Origin: a bacterium
Lineage (GTDB): Bacteria > Chloroflexota > Dormibacteria > Aeolococcales > Bog-877
DNA: 64,000 bases
NCBI GenBank assembly: GCA_021795235.1
Contig: JAJYPP010000006.1
Span: 3,333 to 67,332 of the forward strand
Direction of reading: 5' to 3'
Shown here piece by piece: positions 1-10,086 of the stretch (position 1 is its first letter; every line of letters starts with the position of its first letter). The notes below the pieces were generated by a model. It was not told the origin of the DNA. It ran no database searches and saw nothing but the letters and a program-made list of their open reading frames with translations. A program made the translations under genes and the position numbers.

Positions 1-470
1 AGCTGCTGGAACTGGTGCGGGAGAGCACCGCCGCCACCCGGGTGGGGACACTTCTGGTCACTCACCGCCTGGAGGAGGCCCAGGCCTTCGCAGAGCAGAT
101 CGGCGCGATAGATCGCGGCCGGATCGTCCAGCTCGGGCCCTCCCAGGAGCTGCTGCACCATCCCCGCTCGCCCCAGGTGGCGCGGCTGATGGGGTACCGA
201 GGGTGGGCCAGATCCGGCGGCCGGTGCGTGATGGTGCATCCGGAGCTGAGCCGAATCGATGTCCCTGGCGAGCTCACGCTCTCCTGCCAGGTGGCCGCCT
301 GCCGGCCCTTCGGCGCCCGGTTCGACCTGGAGTTGGAGGCCAAGGAACAGTGGCGGGGAAGGTTCCACCTGCACTGGCGGCGAGCGATGGCGGTGGGCTC
401 GGAGGTTAGAGTGGGCATTCCCGATCCGGTCCTCTTTTCCGCTTCGGAGGCGATAGATGGCGAGAGCTGA
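1..470 (+). CDS. ABC transporter ATP-binding protein, C-terminal part (5' end outside window)
   Basis: Frame is open from the window edge to TGA 468-470. TLLVTHRLEEAQAFAEQIGAIDRGRIVQLGPSQELLHHPRSPQVARLMG matches the H-loop-to-C-terminal region of ABC ATPases, followed by an ~80-aa TOBE-like tail. Overlaps the next gene by 14 nt. Confidence 0.7.
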   Translation, partial: LLELVRESTAATRVGTLLVTHRLEEAQAFAEQIGAIDRGRIVQLGPSQELLHHPRSPQVARLMGYRGWARSGGRCVMVHPELSRIDVPGELTLSCQVAACRPFGARFDLELEAKEQWRGRFHLHWRRAMAVGSEVRVGIPDPVLFSASEAIDGES

Positions 471-1509
471 CTTTGGTCTCGGCCGCCGGCTACGGCTGGC
501 GCGGCTGGCCAGAGGCATGTCCCAGGGCGAGCTGGCCGTCGCTTGCGGCATCAGCCGCCAGGCGGTGGCGGGCATGGAGGCGGGCAGCTGGTCCCCATCA
601 CTTAGCGTGGCCCTCCGTTTGGCGGCGGTCCTGCAACGCAGCGCGGAACAGCTCTTCAGCGAGCGGGAGTCGGTGCAGAGGGTCCCCGTCGATCAGCTGG
701 CTGATCCCGCCGTGCCCTCGGGCAGGGCGCTGCTGGTGGAGGTGTTCGGCCGGATGGTCGCGGTCGCCCAGCAGGGGCCGCTGGCGGCGGTCGCGGGGTT
801 TGGGCCGGCCAGCTGTCGGCTGGAGGGCGCACGCCAGGCTCTGGGCGGCTCCACCCAGGAGCGCCGTCTGCTCGTGGCCGGCTGTGATCCGGCCATACCC
901 CTGCTGTCCGACGGGCTCAGGGCCTCGGGCTCGGAGCTGCAGCTGATCTGGTGGCCGTGTGGCAGCAGTAGGGCGGAGGCCTTGCTGAGAGCGGGGTTGG
1001 TGCATGCGGCTGCGGTCCATCGGGCCAGCGGGCATGCCGCGGATCACCCCGGGCTGACCGCCATCGGGTTCGCCAGATGGCGGGAGGGGATCGTCTCCCG
1101 GCCCGACCAGGCTGTGACCGGCCTTGGCGACGCGGTGGCCCGAGGGCTGCGGCTGGCCAACCGGGAACCGGGATCGGAGGCCCGCCAGCTGCTGGACCGA
1201 GAGCTGCCGGGTACCGCGACGGCGACGATCCCCGGCTATGAGAGCCACTACCGGGGCCACCTGCCCGTGGCGGCTGCGGTCGCCGACGCAGGCGCCGACT
1301 ATGGGGTGGCGACCGAAGCCGCGGCCGCAGTCATGGGACTGGACTTCGCCCCCCTGTCGGAGGAGGACTCGGTGTTCCTGCTGGCCCCCGAGCGGATCGG
1401 GACTCGCGAGTTGACGGCACTCCTGACCGCCCTGGCGCACCCGACCTTGGACGATCAGGTGTCTTCCATTCCGGGCTACGACACTGCCATTCTGGCGGCC
1501 GAACTCTGA
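457..1509 (+). CDS. XRE-type HTH regulator fused to a periplasmic-binding-protein-like domain
   Basis: N-terminus LRLARLARGMSQGELAVACGISRQAVAGMEAG is a classic XRE HTH. The ~250-aa C-terminal region resembles the PBP-like domain found in regulators next to oxyanion ABC transporters. Confidence 0.65.
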   Translation: MARADFGLGRRLRLARLARGMSQGELAVACGISRQAVAGMEAGSWSPSLSVALRLAAVLQRSAEQLFSERESVQRVPVDQLADPAVPSGRALLVEVFGRMVAVAQQGPLAAVAGFGPASCRLEGARQALGGSTQERRLLVAGCDPAIPLLSDGLRASGSELQLIWWPCGSSRAEALLRAGLVHAAAVHRASGHAADHPGLTAIGFARWREGIVSRPDQAVTGLGDAVARGLRLANREPGSEARQLLDRELPGTATATIPGYESHYRGHLPVAAAVADAGADYGVATEAAAAVMGLDFAPLSEEDSVFLLAPERIGTRELTALLTALAHPTLDDQVSSIPGYDTAILAAEL

Positions 1510-1597
1510 TCCCGTGACGACTTCCCGCCGCGTGGCCACCGTTCGCCGACAGCTCGATTTCCGGGCCGCTTCGCCGTCTCGAAGCGGCGCTGGAACG

Positions 1598-1706
1598 ACG
1601 GCCGCCAGACGGTCTGGATGTTGGTGGAATCCAGAGCATCCAATTCGAGGTCGCTAGGCCGGCCGCCGCTCAGGGCCCGCGAATCCGACCGGCACGCGAG
1701 GCCCAC
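1598..1706 (-). pseudogene. Aldehyde dehydrogenase 3'-end fragment
   Basis: Translates to ...LELDALDSTNIQTVWRP. About 30 nt (ggccgccagacggtctggatgttggtg) are nearly identical to the 3' end of the intact ALDH gene at 35555-35590 (...REFTNIQTVWRP*). No upstream ALDH body is present and the stop codon is lost. Confidence 0.35.
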
Positions 1707-1988
1707 GGCTGCGCGCAGCGCTGCGGACCGTTGGGGACTCGGGTTGGCATCACGGTGGGCATCAGACCGCTACTTCCAACTTCGGCCAACGCGGGAAGTA
1801 TCGGTGACGATGGGGGCCAGGACGGCTGATCTGGGCGTGGCCAACGGTGCTCTGGCTACGCGCATGTATCCACTTGCCCCTGTCGGGAGGGACCACCGTC
1901 GCGCCGACCTTAGGACAGGGTGCATGCTGAGATGCATGAAGTGTTGGTGAGGGTGCTGGGGCCGCCAGTTCAATGGGGGGGGCAATCC

Positions 1989-2789
1989 ATGAAGAGCACA
2001 AACAAGATCGCCAGTGCGAAGACGGCGGTGGTCTTCATCGAGCCCCAGAATGACTTCCACTGGCCGCGCGGGAAGGCGTACGTCTTCATCGAGGATGAGG
2101 TCGCCCGCAGGAACGTGGTCGATAACCTCGCGGGGCTGCTCGCAGGGGCCCGTGAGACGGGGGTAAGGGTCATCTACGTGCCCTTCCGCGGGTTTGGGAG
2201 AGGATTCCCGGAGGTCAAGCTGGGCGGGGCCACCAATGCGGGGATCCCGGGGCCGCCGCCGAGACCTCGCATCGAGCAGATCCGGGAACGTCACCGGATC
2301 GGCTACCGCGACGAGGGGGAGGTCTGCCTGGAGTGCGGCCATGCTTGGCCGTGCGATACCGCCGTGGCGATGGCGGAGATCGGGGAGCTGCGCGAGCGGA
2401 GTGCCCTATTGGGGATTGACGGCCCGGACGGCCCGGAGGTGGTTCCCCAGCTCAGACCGAGGACGGGCGACCTCATCGTCGAGGGCAACAGGACGCTGGA
2501 CGCCTTCTACTCGACGGAGCTCGACCATCTGCTGCGCGCCAACCAGATCGAGTACGTGGCCTTCGCCGGGTTCCACACCAACTGGTGTATCGAGTCGTCC
2601 GCGCGCTCCGCATACGACAAGGGCTACCGCGTGATCGTGGTGTCCGACTGCACGAGCACCGCCACCGACGAAGAGCAGCGGTACGCCGAGACCTTCATCT
2701 TCCCGCAGATCGGACAGGTCATGACCGCGGCCGAGTTCCTCGCGACGGTCGACTCAGCGAGGGTCATCCCTGCCGCGTTCCTGGGATGA
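1989..2789 (+). CDS. Isochorismatase-family cysteine hydrolase with internal insertion
   Basis: TAVVFIEPQNDF (catalytic Asp) and GFHTNWCIESSARSAYDKGYRVIVVSDC (catalytic Cys) are family hallmarks. ATG at 1989 chosen over the longer ORF start at 1920. Confidence 0.8.
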   Translation: MKSTNKIASAKTAVVFIEPQNDFHWPRGKAYVFIEDEVARRNVVDNLAGLLAGARETGVRVIYVPFRGFGRGFPEVKLGGATNAGIPGPPPRPRIEQIRERHRIGYRDEGEVCLECGHAWPCDTAVAMAEIGELRERSALLGIDGPDGPEVVPQLRPRTGDLIVEGNRTLDAFYSTELDHLLRANQIEYVAFAGFHTNWCIESSARSAYDKGYRVIVVSDCTSTATDEEQRYAETFIFPQIGQVMTAAEFLATVDSARVIPAAFLG

Positions 2790-3691
2790 CGGCGGCGGCT
2801 CGCCGCTGAGCAGGTGTGCACTTGAAACACGGGGTGGTCGAGAGAGGCCCGCACATGGTGGGGAGGCTTCGCCCCGAGTCACCGGCGTCGCAGGCCGAGC
2901 GGGCCAACCGCGCCGACGCGGCCGTGGCACTCCACTCCCTGGCCAGAGGTTCCTGGAAAGGAGGAGTTCGAAACCCCGTCGTATTCCCATCCGCACTCCT
3001 GCTTCGCCCGGCCAATGGGCCTTCTCGCCGCTTCCGGCTCGCCTCCGCTCCACCGCCCATGCCGGCAGCTCCCTCGGTCCCTGAGCTGACTGGTTTCGCA
3101 GAGCATCTTGACCATCACCGCTGGAATGCCTGGTGCAGGGGCGGGCGAGTGGGCGATGCGGATGGCTTGGTCGTGGGTGCGACTCTCCAGCCGTCGGACG
3201 GACGGTCGATGGTTGGTCCGCCCCTGATCATGTCTGGGGTTGCATCAGACCGGTGCCTCTTTGCCCGACGGAGAAGCGTCAGCGCTAGTTCATCGCAGCG
3301 CCGATGGAGTAGCGCGCCAACGCGCTCCGGCAAGGAACTGGGGTGCCAGCCAGCTCCAGATGGCGGCACCGCCCCCGGTCGTGGGCCTCCAGCTCTGCAG
3401 ATCCAGAACCAGGCCGTCTGCCGACCACCGGGGATGTGGGCGCAGTCCGAACGGGCCACGAACCCACCGATCGTGGCTGAGGCATTGTCGACAACCGACA
3501 CCTGGGAGGCGACCTTCAGGAGGGTAGGTCAAGGCCTTAGGAAGACACGTTACTGACAGAGGAAGTCATGCCAACGAACAAAGCGGGAATTTCTTGGGGG
3601 AACTGGTCATGGCGAGGCTCAAGCCATCGGCTATCCCGAGTTCGCAATCCAACTACCATGTGCGGGCAGCGCCCAAGCCAGGGGGTGAGCT

Positions 3692-4981
3692 ATGAATGAT
3701 GCAGAGCCAAACCCGGACAGGCTGACGGTAACCGACAGCCGAACCGGCAGGACCTACGAGCTTCCGATCACCGAGGGGACGGTCAAGGCTCTCGACCTCA
3801 GGCAGATAAAGGTCTCCGCGGACGATTTCGGGCTGATGACCTACGACCCCGCCTATCAGAACACCGCCAGCTGCCGGAGCACAATCACCTACATCGACGG
3901 TGACAAGGGCATTCTGCGCTACCGCGGCTATCCGATCGAGGAGCTGGCCGAGAGGAGCAGCTTTCTGGAGATCGCCTACCTACTCCTCAACGGCGAGATG
4001 CCCACGACAGAAGAGCTCAAGACGTGGACTGCGGAGATCACCAACCACACCTTCATCCACGAGAACATCAAGCGCTTCATCGACGGCTTCCACCACGATG
4101 CCCACCCGATGGGGATCCTGGTCAGCGCGGTGGGGGCACTGTCGACGTTCTATCCCGAGTCGAAGCAGATCCACGACCCGGCCACCCGTCACCGTGAGAT
4201 CGTGCGCCTGATCGCCAAGATGCCCACCCTCGCTGCCTTTGCCTACCGCCACGCGATGGGCCTCTACTACGCCTACCCCGACGACGACCTCTCCTACACT
4301 GGCAACTTCCTCAACATGATGTGGCGGGCGACCGAGCTCAAGTACAAGCCCAACCCGGTCTTGGAGCACGCTCTCGACGTCCTGCTGGTGCTCCACGCCG
4401 ACCACGAGCAGAACTGCTCGACCAGCACCATGCGGCTGGTGGGGAGCTCGCAGGCGGACCCCTACTCGGCGATGTCGGCCGCCTGCGCGGCGCTGTACGG
4501 CCCCCTCCACGGGGGTGCCAACGAGCAGGTCCTGCGCATGCTCAACACCATCGGCGGCGTGGCCAACGTCCCGGAATACATCCGGCGGGTGAAGGCCGGT
4601 GAGTTCCGGCTGATGGGCTTCGGCCACCGGGTCTACAAGAACTTCGATCCCAGAGCGCAGCTGATCAAGCGGGTGGCGGAGGAGGTCTTCGAGGTGACTG
4701 GCCCGAGCCCGCTCCTGGACATCGCCCTGGAGATCGAGCGGATCGCGCTGGAGGATGACTACTTCATCGCCCACAAGCTCTACCCCAACGTGGACTTTTA
4801 CTCCGGGATCATCTACCTGGCGATGGGCATCCCGGTTGAGATGTTCCCGGTACTCTTCGCCATCGGGCGCACCCCAGGCTGGCTGGCACAATGGGAAGAA
4901 GGGCTGCTGGATCCGGACCAAAAGATCGGGCGTCCGCGGCAGGTCTACGCCGGTTACCTGGAGCGACACCTGAAGAGCTGA
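3692..4981 (+). CDS. gltA: Citrate synthase
   Basis: 429 aa. ITYIDGDKGILRYRGYPIEELA, LHADHEQNCSTST, GPLHGGANE and GFGHRVYK are canonical citrate synthase motifs. Confidence 0.95.
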   Translation: MNDAEPNPDRLTVTDSRTGRTYELPITEGTVKALDLRQIKVSADDFGLMTYDPAYQNTASCRSTITYIDGDKGILRYRGYPIEELAERSSFLEIAYLLLNGEMPTTEELKTWTAEITNHTFIHENIKRFIDGFHHDAHPMGILVSAVGALSTFYPESKQIHDPATRHREIVRLIAKMPTLAAFAYRHAMGLYYAYPDDDLSYTGNFLNMMWRATELKYKPNPVLEHALDVLLVLHADHEQNCSTSTMRLVGSSQADPYSAMSAACAALYGPLHGGANEQVLRMLNTIGGVANVPEYIRRVKAGEFRLMGFGHRVYKNFDPRAQLIKRVAEEVFEVTGPSPLLDIALEIERIALEDDYFIAHKLYPNVDFYSGIIYLAMGIPVEMFPVLFAIGRTPGWLAQWEEGLLDPDQKIGRPRQVYAGYLERHLKS

Positions 4982-5244
4982 GCGTCGGGCCCAGCTCTGG
5001 CTGGCAGCGGGCCGGGGGCATTACCACTGGTCTGCTGCCAGACGGGCTCGCTCGGGTGGGCGGACCAGTCGGATCCCGCCTCTTCCCACGGGACCAAAGC
5101 ACTGGGTGAGAGTGAGCGGTGCGGGGTGGGCGACTCCGGACGGTCTTGAGCCGCCTGGGTCTGTTCGCGTCCGGTTGCGTGAGCGCCCACTCAAGCATGA
5201 CTTCCGAGGCGTCTATGGGCAGTCGGCGTCCCAGGCCGGGGCCC

Positions 5245-5481
5245 ACTCGATGGCTGGTGCTGCGGAGCCAACCGCTCCCGCTAATGGAGCCGCTCAAGAG
5301 CTTCGTCGGGATGACGAAGGCAAACTGGGAGGGCTTTGTCCGCTGGCACCAGACCAGAACCTCCACCGGCCTCCTGGAGGGCACCAACTCCCTGATCCAG
5401 ACCGCCAAGCGCAAGGCTCGCGGTTACCGGAACAAGAGGAAAATGATCCCTATCATCTACCTCATCGTCGGCCATCTCTCC
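5245..5481 (+). pseudogene. ISL3-like transposase C-terminal remnant
   Basis: ...TRWLVLRSQ...ANWEGFVRWHQTRTSTGLLEGTNSLIQTAKRKARGYRNKRKMIPIIYLIVGHL resembles the conserved tail of ISL3-family DDE transposases (sNG-EG-N--ik--kr-a-GfRn). No catalytic body and no inverted repeats are present. Confidence 0.5.
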
Positions 5482-6003
5482 CGGCCCTCCACCCACACGG
5501 TCTGGCGAAGAGCCCCATGTCGCCTGCGACGACGCCGAGACCAGCTCGGACGAGATCCGCGCCAACCTCGACAACCTGGGATACTCCACAAGTTGACCCG
5601 GTGAACCGAGCGCCCATGTTGCTGGGCGAAGGCACGACCGTGTCCTGCGGCCACCTGGCCCGACCCAGAGCGAAGCGGGTGGGGAGCTTCTGGAGGGACG
5701 CCGCGGCGGCCCGATCGCGTTCCGGCGGGCACCTCAGTGGTGGCCGGCGCGCCATGCAAGGCGGCAGCCAGGGGTCGTATCCCTCGAAGTCCGCCACTGG
5801 GTGCTCTCCGCCCGGCCCCGGCGTTTCGAAGACCGCAAGGACCGATCCCTCCAGAAGAGTCGCACCCAACGGAAGCCGTGTCGCCGGAGTCTTGTTGGGA
5901 TCGCGGAAGGCTCGAGGAATGTGCGAGCTCGAGTTCCGGACTGCCAGACCATTCAGCTTGTCGGATGGGTCCCGGCAACAGGAGCGGCACCGCAGCCGGG
6001 GCC

Positions 6004-6044
6004 GTGAAGTCCAGACCATCTGATCCAGACAATCTGGACTTCAC
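6004..6044 (+). promoter_or_regulatory. Perfect 12-bp-stem hairpin immediately upstream of mntH
   Basis: gtgaagtccaga (6004-6015) and tctggacttcac (6033-6044) are exact reverse complements with a 17-nt loop. The element ends 7 nt before the mntH ATG, and the 3' arm abuts the ggag Shine-Dalgarno. Confidence 0.5.
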
Positions 6045-6051
6045 GGAGCGG

Positions 6052-7350
6052 ATGGCCGGAGAGGTACCAGCCGACGGTTCGCTGCCGCCGGAGGTGACCA
6101 AGCCCACCGCCGCCTTTCCTCCCCGAGCCCGGCTCGTGATTGGACTGCTGGTCCTGTGGGGACCGGGCCTGGTGGTGATGCTCGCCGACAGCGATGTCGG
6201 CAGCCTGATCACAGCCGCCCAGTCCGGAGCGGAGTGGGGATACCGGATGGTGCTCCCTCAGCTGGTTCTGATCCCGATCCTCTACTTCGTGCAGGAAATG
6301 ACGGTGCGGCTCGGGATTCTGACCGGCCGGGGGCACGGCGCGCTGATCCGGGATCAGTTCGGGAGAGGCTGGGCGTTGCTCGCGGCGGGCACTCTGCTGG
6401 TGTCCGGCATCGGGGCCTTGGTCACAGAGTTCGCGGGCGTGGTCGGGGTCGGCGAGATGTTCGGAGTCTCGCGCTTGGTGAGCGTCCCGGTCGCAGCCGT
6501 CTTCCTGATCGCGATCGCCATGACCGGCAGCTACCGACGGGTCGAGCGCATTGGCATCGCCGTCGGCTTGGCCGAGCTGGTCTTCATCCCGACGATGCTG
6601 ATGGCCCACCCCAACCCTGCCGCTGTCCTCCACGGACTGGGCAGCCTGCCGCTGGGCAACCGTTCCTACCTGTTCCTGCTGGCCGCCAATGTGGGAGCCG
6701 TGATCATGCCCTGGATGATCTTCTATCAGCAGGGGGCGGTGATAGACAAGGGGCTCTCTCGCGGATCGATACCACGGGAGCAGTGGCGCACCGCGCTGGG
6801 GGCCGTGCTCACCCAGGTGATCATGGTCATGATGCTGCTCGCCGTGGCCGCCACCGTCGGGCTCAGGCATCCCGGGACGGCTCTTGACACGGTTGGGCAG
6901 ATATCGAACGCCATGCAACCGTTCTTCGGGTCCGTGGCGGCCCGGCTTCTGCTCGGTGCGGGCTTGCTGGGAGCAGCGCTGGTGGCCGCGCTGGTGGCCT
7001 CCGTGGCGGGCTCGTGGGGCCTGTCCGAGGTGTTCGGGTGGAAACACACCCTCAACCAGCGTCCCAGCCGCAAGACCGCCGCCTTCTACTCCACCTACGT
7101 GCTTGCCCATGTGGTCGGAGCGGTGGTGGTACTGACCAGCTTCGATCTCATCCGTCTGGCTGTCGATGTCGAGGTGCTGAATGCGCTGCTGCTGCCTGTC
7201 GTGCTGGGATTCCTGCTCGCTCTGGAGGCCAGGGCTCTGCCTCCAGCCCAGCGCATGCACGGGTGGTACCGGATGGCGGTGACCGGCTCGTGCCTGGTGG
7301 TGATTGGATTCGGGCTGTTCATGGTGCCAGCGACCATCGGTTGGCTCTGA
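6052..7350 (+). CDS. mntH: NRAMP-family divalent metal (Mn2+/Fe2+) transporter
   Basis: GPGLVVMLADSDVGSLITAAQSGAEWGY...FVQEMTVRLGILTGRGH is the NRAMP signature region. Multi-TM throughout. ATG 6052 chosen; the upstream part of the 537-aa ORF is not protein-like. Confidence 0.9.
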   Translation: MAGEVPADGSLPPEVTKPTAAFPPRARLVIGLLVLWGPGLVVMLADSDVGSLITAAQSGAEWGYRMVLPQLVLIPILYFVQEMTVRLGILTGRGHGALIRDQFGRGWALLAAGTLLVSGIGALVTEFAGVVGVGEMFGVSRLVSVPVAAVFLIAIAMTGSYRRVERIGIAVGLAELVFIPTMLMAHPNPAAVLHGLGSLPLGNRSYLFLLAANVGAVIMPWMIFYQQGAVIDKGLSRGSIPREQWRTALGAVLTQVIMVMMLLAVAATVGLRHPGTALDTVGQISNAMQPFFGSVAARLLLGAGLLGAALVAALVASVAGSWGLSEVFGWKHTLNQRPSRKTAAFYSTYVLAHVVGAVVVLTSFDLIRLAVDVEVLNALLLPVVLGFLLALEARALPPAQRMHGWYRMAVTGSCLVVIGFGLFMVPATIGWL

Positions 7351-7768
7351 CCATGGGGTCCGGCCCAGCACGGGTGCGGCACCCCCTGGCCGCTCTTCGG
7401 CGCCGGCCCGGGAGTGATGGGTGCAGGTGCGGACAACCTCACCGTCGCCTCCGCTGACCCGGAGGGCGGGCTGCTGCAGTGCCAGGGCTGGATCCTCGGG
7501 GCCCTTCTTGTCGATCCGACGGGGCAAGCCCGGAGCGGTGGCCGGCGCACAGGGCCGGTGTCACGCCCTGTGCGCTGCCCACGTCCGGTCTTGTCGTCGA
7601 TGACCATCTGGCATGGCTGGGGTGGGCCGGTGAAACCCGCCGCAGGCATCTTGCACGACCGCGGCTGAAGGCCGCGGAGCTGGCAGCCCGGGTCCGTTCC
7701 CAGCCAGCGCCGACCTGGAAGTGGTCGGCTGGTACACTGCAACAGGTGCCTTAGCGGGGAGGGGTGGC

Positions 7769-9502
7769 ATGGGCGATGAGGCAGGTCTGGGCGGACGCAG
7801 CGTCGGCGCGCAGTTTCGGGCCACCGGGGCGCTGCGAAAGTTGCGAGGGGCTGAACTGCTGAGCTCACCGGAACTCAACAAGGATTCTGCCTTCTCCGAA
7901 CAGGAGCGGGGTGAGTTTGGCCTCCGCGGACTGCTACCGTGGCGGGTGCTCACCATCGACCAGCAGGTGGTGCTGGAGATGGAGCACATTCGCCGCAAGG
8001 GCGAGGACCTGGAGAAGTACATCGGCCTGGCGGCGCTGCAGGACCGCAACGAATCCCTCTTCTATCGGGTCGTGCTGCAGAATCTGGAGGAGCTCGCGCC
8101 CATCCTCTACACCCCGACTGTCGGTCAGGCCTGTCTGCAATTCAGCCATGTGCTCCGCCGTCCCAGGGGCCTCTGGATCACCCCGGGCGACATCGACCGG
8201 ATCCCTGAGCTGCTCCACAACACGGGTCAATCCGACGTCCGCCTGATCGTGGCCACTGACAACGAGCGGATTCTGGGGCTGGGCGACCAGGGTGCCGGAG
8301 GAATGGGGATTCCCATCGGTAAGCTGGCCCTCTACACCGCCGGGGCGGGCATTCACCCGCGCCTCACGCTGCCCATCTCGCTGGACTGTGGAACCGACAA
8401 CGAGGAGCTGCTGAGCGATCCGCAATACTTTGGCTATCCCCATCCGCGGCTCCGGGGAGATGCCTACGAAGCCTTCATTGAAGCCTTCGTGGGTGCCGTC
8501 TTGGACGTTTTCCCGCACGCGGTGTTGCAGTGGGAGGATTTCAAGCAGCACAACGCGATCCACCTGCTTGGGCGCTACCGCCACCGTATCGCCAGCTTCA
8601 ATGATGACATCCAGGGGACCGCGGCGGTGGTGATGGGGGGAATCCTCGCCGTGCTTCGGCACCGCGGACAGAGGCTTTCGGATCAGCGCCTGGTCTTTCT
8701 GGGAGGAGGTGCGGCGGGGACGGGGATCGCCCGCATGGCCGAGGCGTTCATGGCCGAGGAGGGCGCCGACCCCGCCGAGGTGCGGCGGTCGGTGGTGATT
8801 CTCGACTCGAAGGGGCTCATATTCACTGGCCGCGAGGGGATCAAGGACGACACCAAACCCTTTGCCCTGCCTCCCGGCGAGCTCTCGCGGCTGGGTTTCG
8901 AGCCGGCTGACAGGTACGACTTGGAGGAGGTGGTGAGGCGGTTTGCGCCCACCATCCTGGTTGGGGTGAGCGGCGTGGGCGGCAGCTTCTCCGAGGTCGC
9001 AATTCGGGAGATGGCGCGGTTGACCCTCGCGCCAATCGTGCTTCCGCTATCCAATCCCACTGACAAGTCCGAGGCCACCCCGGCCGACGTGCTGGCTTGG
9101 AGCGGGGGCCGAGCCGTGGTGGCGACCGGCAGTCCCTTCGATCCGGTCGACGTCGACGGTCAACCCCGGCTGGTGGGGCAGGCCAACAACGTGTTCGTCT
9201 TTCCCGGGATCGGGCTGGGGGCGATCGTGGCGCGAGCTCGGGAGGTCACCGAGCGGATGCTGCTGGTAGCAGCGACCACGCTGGCCGGGATGGTCTCTGC
9301 CGAGCGTCTGAACGAGGGTGCGATGTACCCGCCGCTCTCTGACCTGCGTTCCATCTCCAGGGTGATCGCCCTGGCGGTGGCCAGAGAGGCGCGGGCGGGC
9401 GGAGTCGGCCAAATGGCGAGCGACGAGCAGCTTGAGCGAATGGTGGATCAGGCCATGTGGTGGCCCGACTATCCTGCCCTGCTGGGCCCAAGCTCCGATT
9501 GA
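7769..9502 (+). CDS. NAD(P)-dependent malic enzyme
   Basis: LNKDSAFSEQERGEFGLRGLLP, YTPTVGQAC, ATDNERILGLGDQGAGGMGIPIGKL, FNDDIQGTAAV and NNVFVFPGIGLG are malic enzyme motifs. Confidence 0.9.
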   Translation: MGDEAGLGGRSVGAQFRATGALRKLRGAELLSSPELNKDSAFSEQERGEFGLRGLLPWRVLTIDQQVVLEMEHIRRKGEDLEKYIGLAALQDRNESLFYRVVLQNLEELAPILYTPTVGQACLQFSHVLRRPRGLWITPGDIDRIPELLHNTGQSDVRLIVATDNERILGLGDQGAGGMGIPIGKLALYTAGAGIHPRLTLPISLDCGTDNEELLSDPQYFGYPHPRLRGDAYEAFIEAFVGAVLDVFPHAVLQWEDFKQHNAIHLLGRYRHRIASFNDDIQGTAAVVMGGILAVLRHRGQRLSDQRLVFLGGGAAGTGIARMAEAFMAEEGADPAEVRRSVVILDSKGLIFTGREGIKDDTKPFALPPGELSRLGFEPADRYDLEEVVRRFAPTILVGVSGVGGSFSEVAIREMARLTLAPIVLPLSNPTDKSEATPADVLAWSGGRAVVATGSPFDPVDVDGQPRLVGQANNVFVFPGIGLGAIVARAREVTERMLLVAATTLAGMVSAERLNEGAMYPPLSDLRSISRVIALAVAREARAGGVGQMASDEQLERMVDQAMWWPDYPALLGPSSD

Positions 9503-10086
9503 GCTGCGACCTCGAACACGCCGGCTTCCAGAAAACGCCCAGGGAGTTGGGGCCGGAATCGGCAGCAGCTCCGGCCGTCGAGCCAGGGAGCCGCCTCCGA
9601 CGATCGCGACGCGCGTGGCCCGGACCGCCATCCGCTGCCGCGCCGGGTGCTGCAACACTCCTCCCCGGAGTCGGCTCAGTGCCGACCACAGCCAAGGTAC
9701 CGGTCCGATTTGGGGAGCGGACAATGGCCGCTGCGCCGTGGGTGTGGACGCGGTCAGTCTCGGTGATCTCCACCGCGGCTAGGCCGACCGCGCTGAGAGC
9801 GTCTCTGTGCACAGCCGCCTGCAGGGCGCGGGTGGCGGGTGGATGGGCGTCGTCACATGATGGCATCCATGGTGCTCTTGAGGGAGTCGAAGCAGCGCAT
9901 GCTGGCCGCTCCGCAGCCTCTTCGAGAGCTCCTCAACCACCCCCACGCCACCGGGGTCGTGCTGAGCGTTGAGGCACTCCCGGACCCTGACCCTCAGTCC
10001 ATCTGATCGGCACGAGGCTGCGAAGGAGGCAACGGTACCGGGCTGGGCGCCAGCCCGGTCCGCTGCCACGACATAGCTAACTGCCC

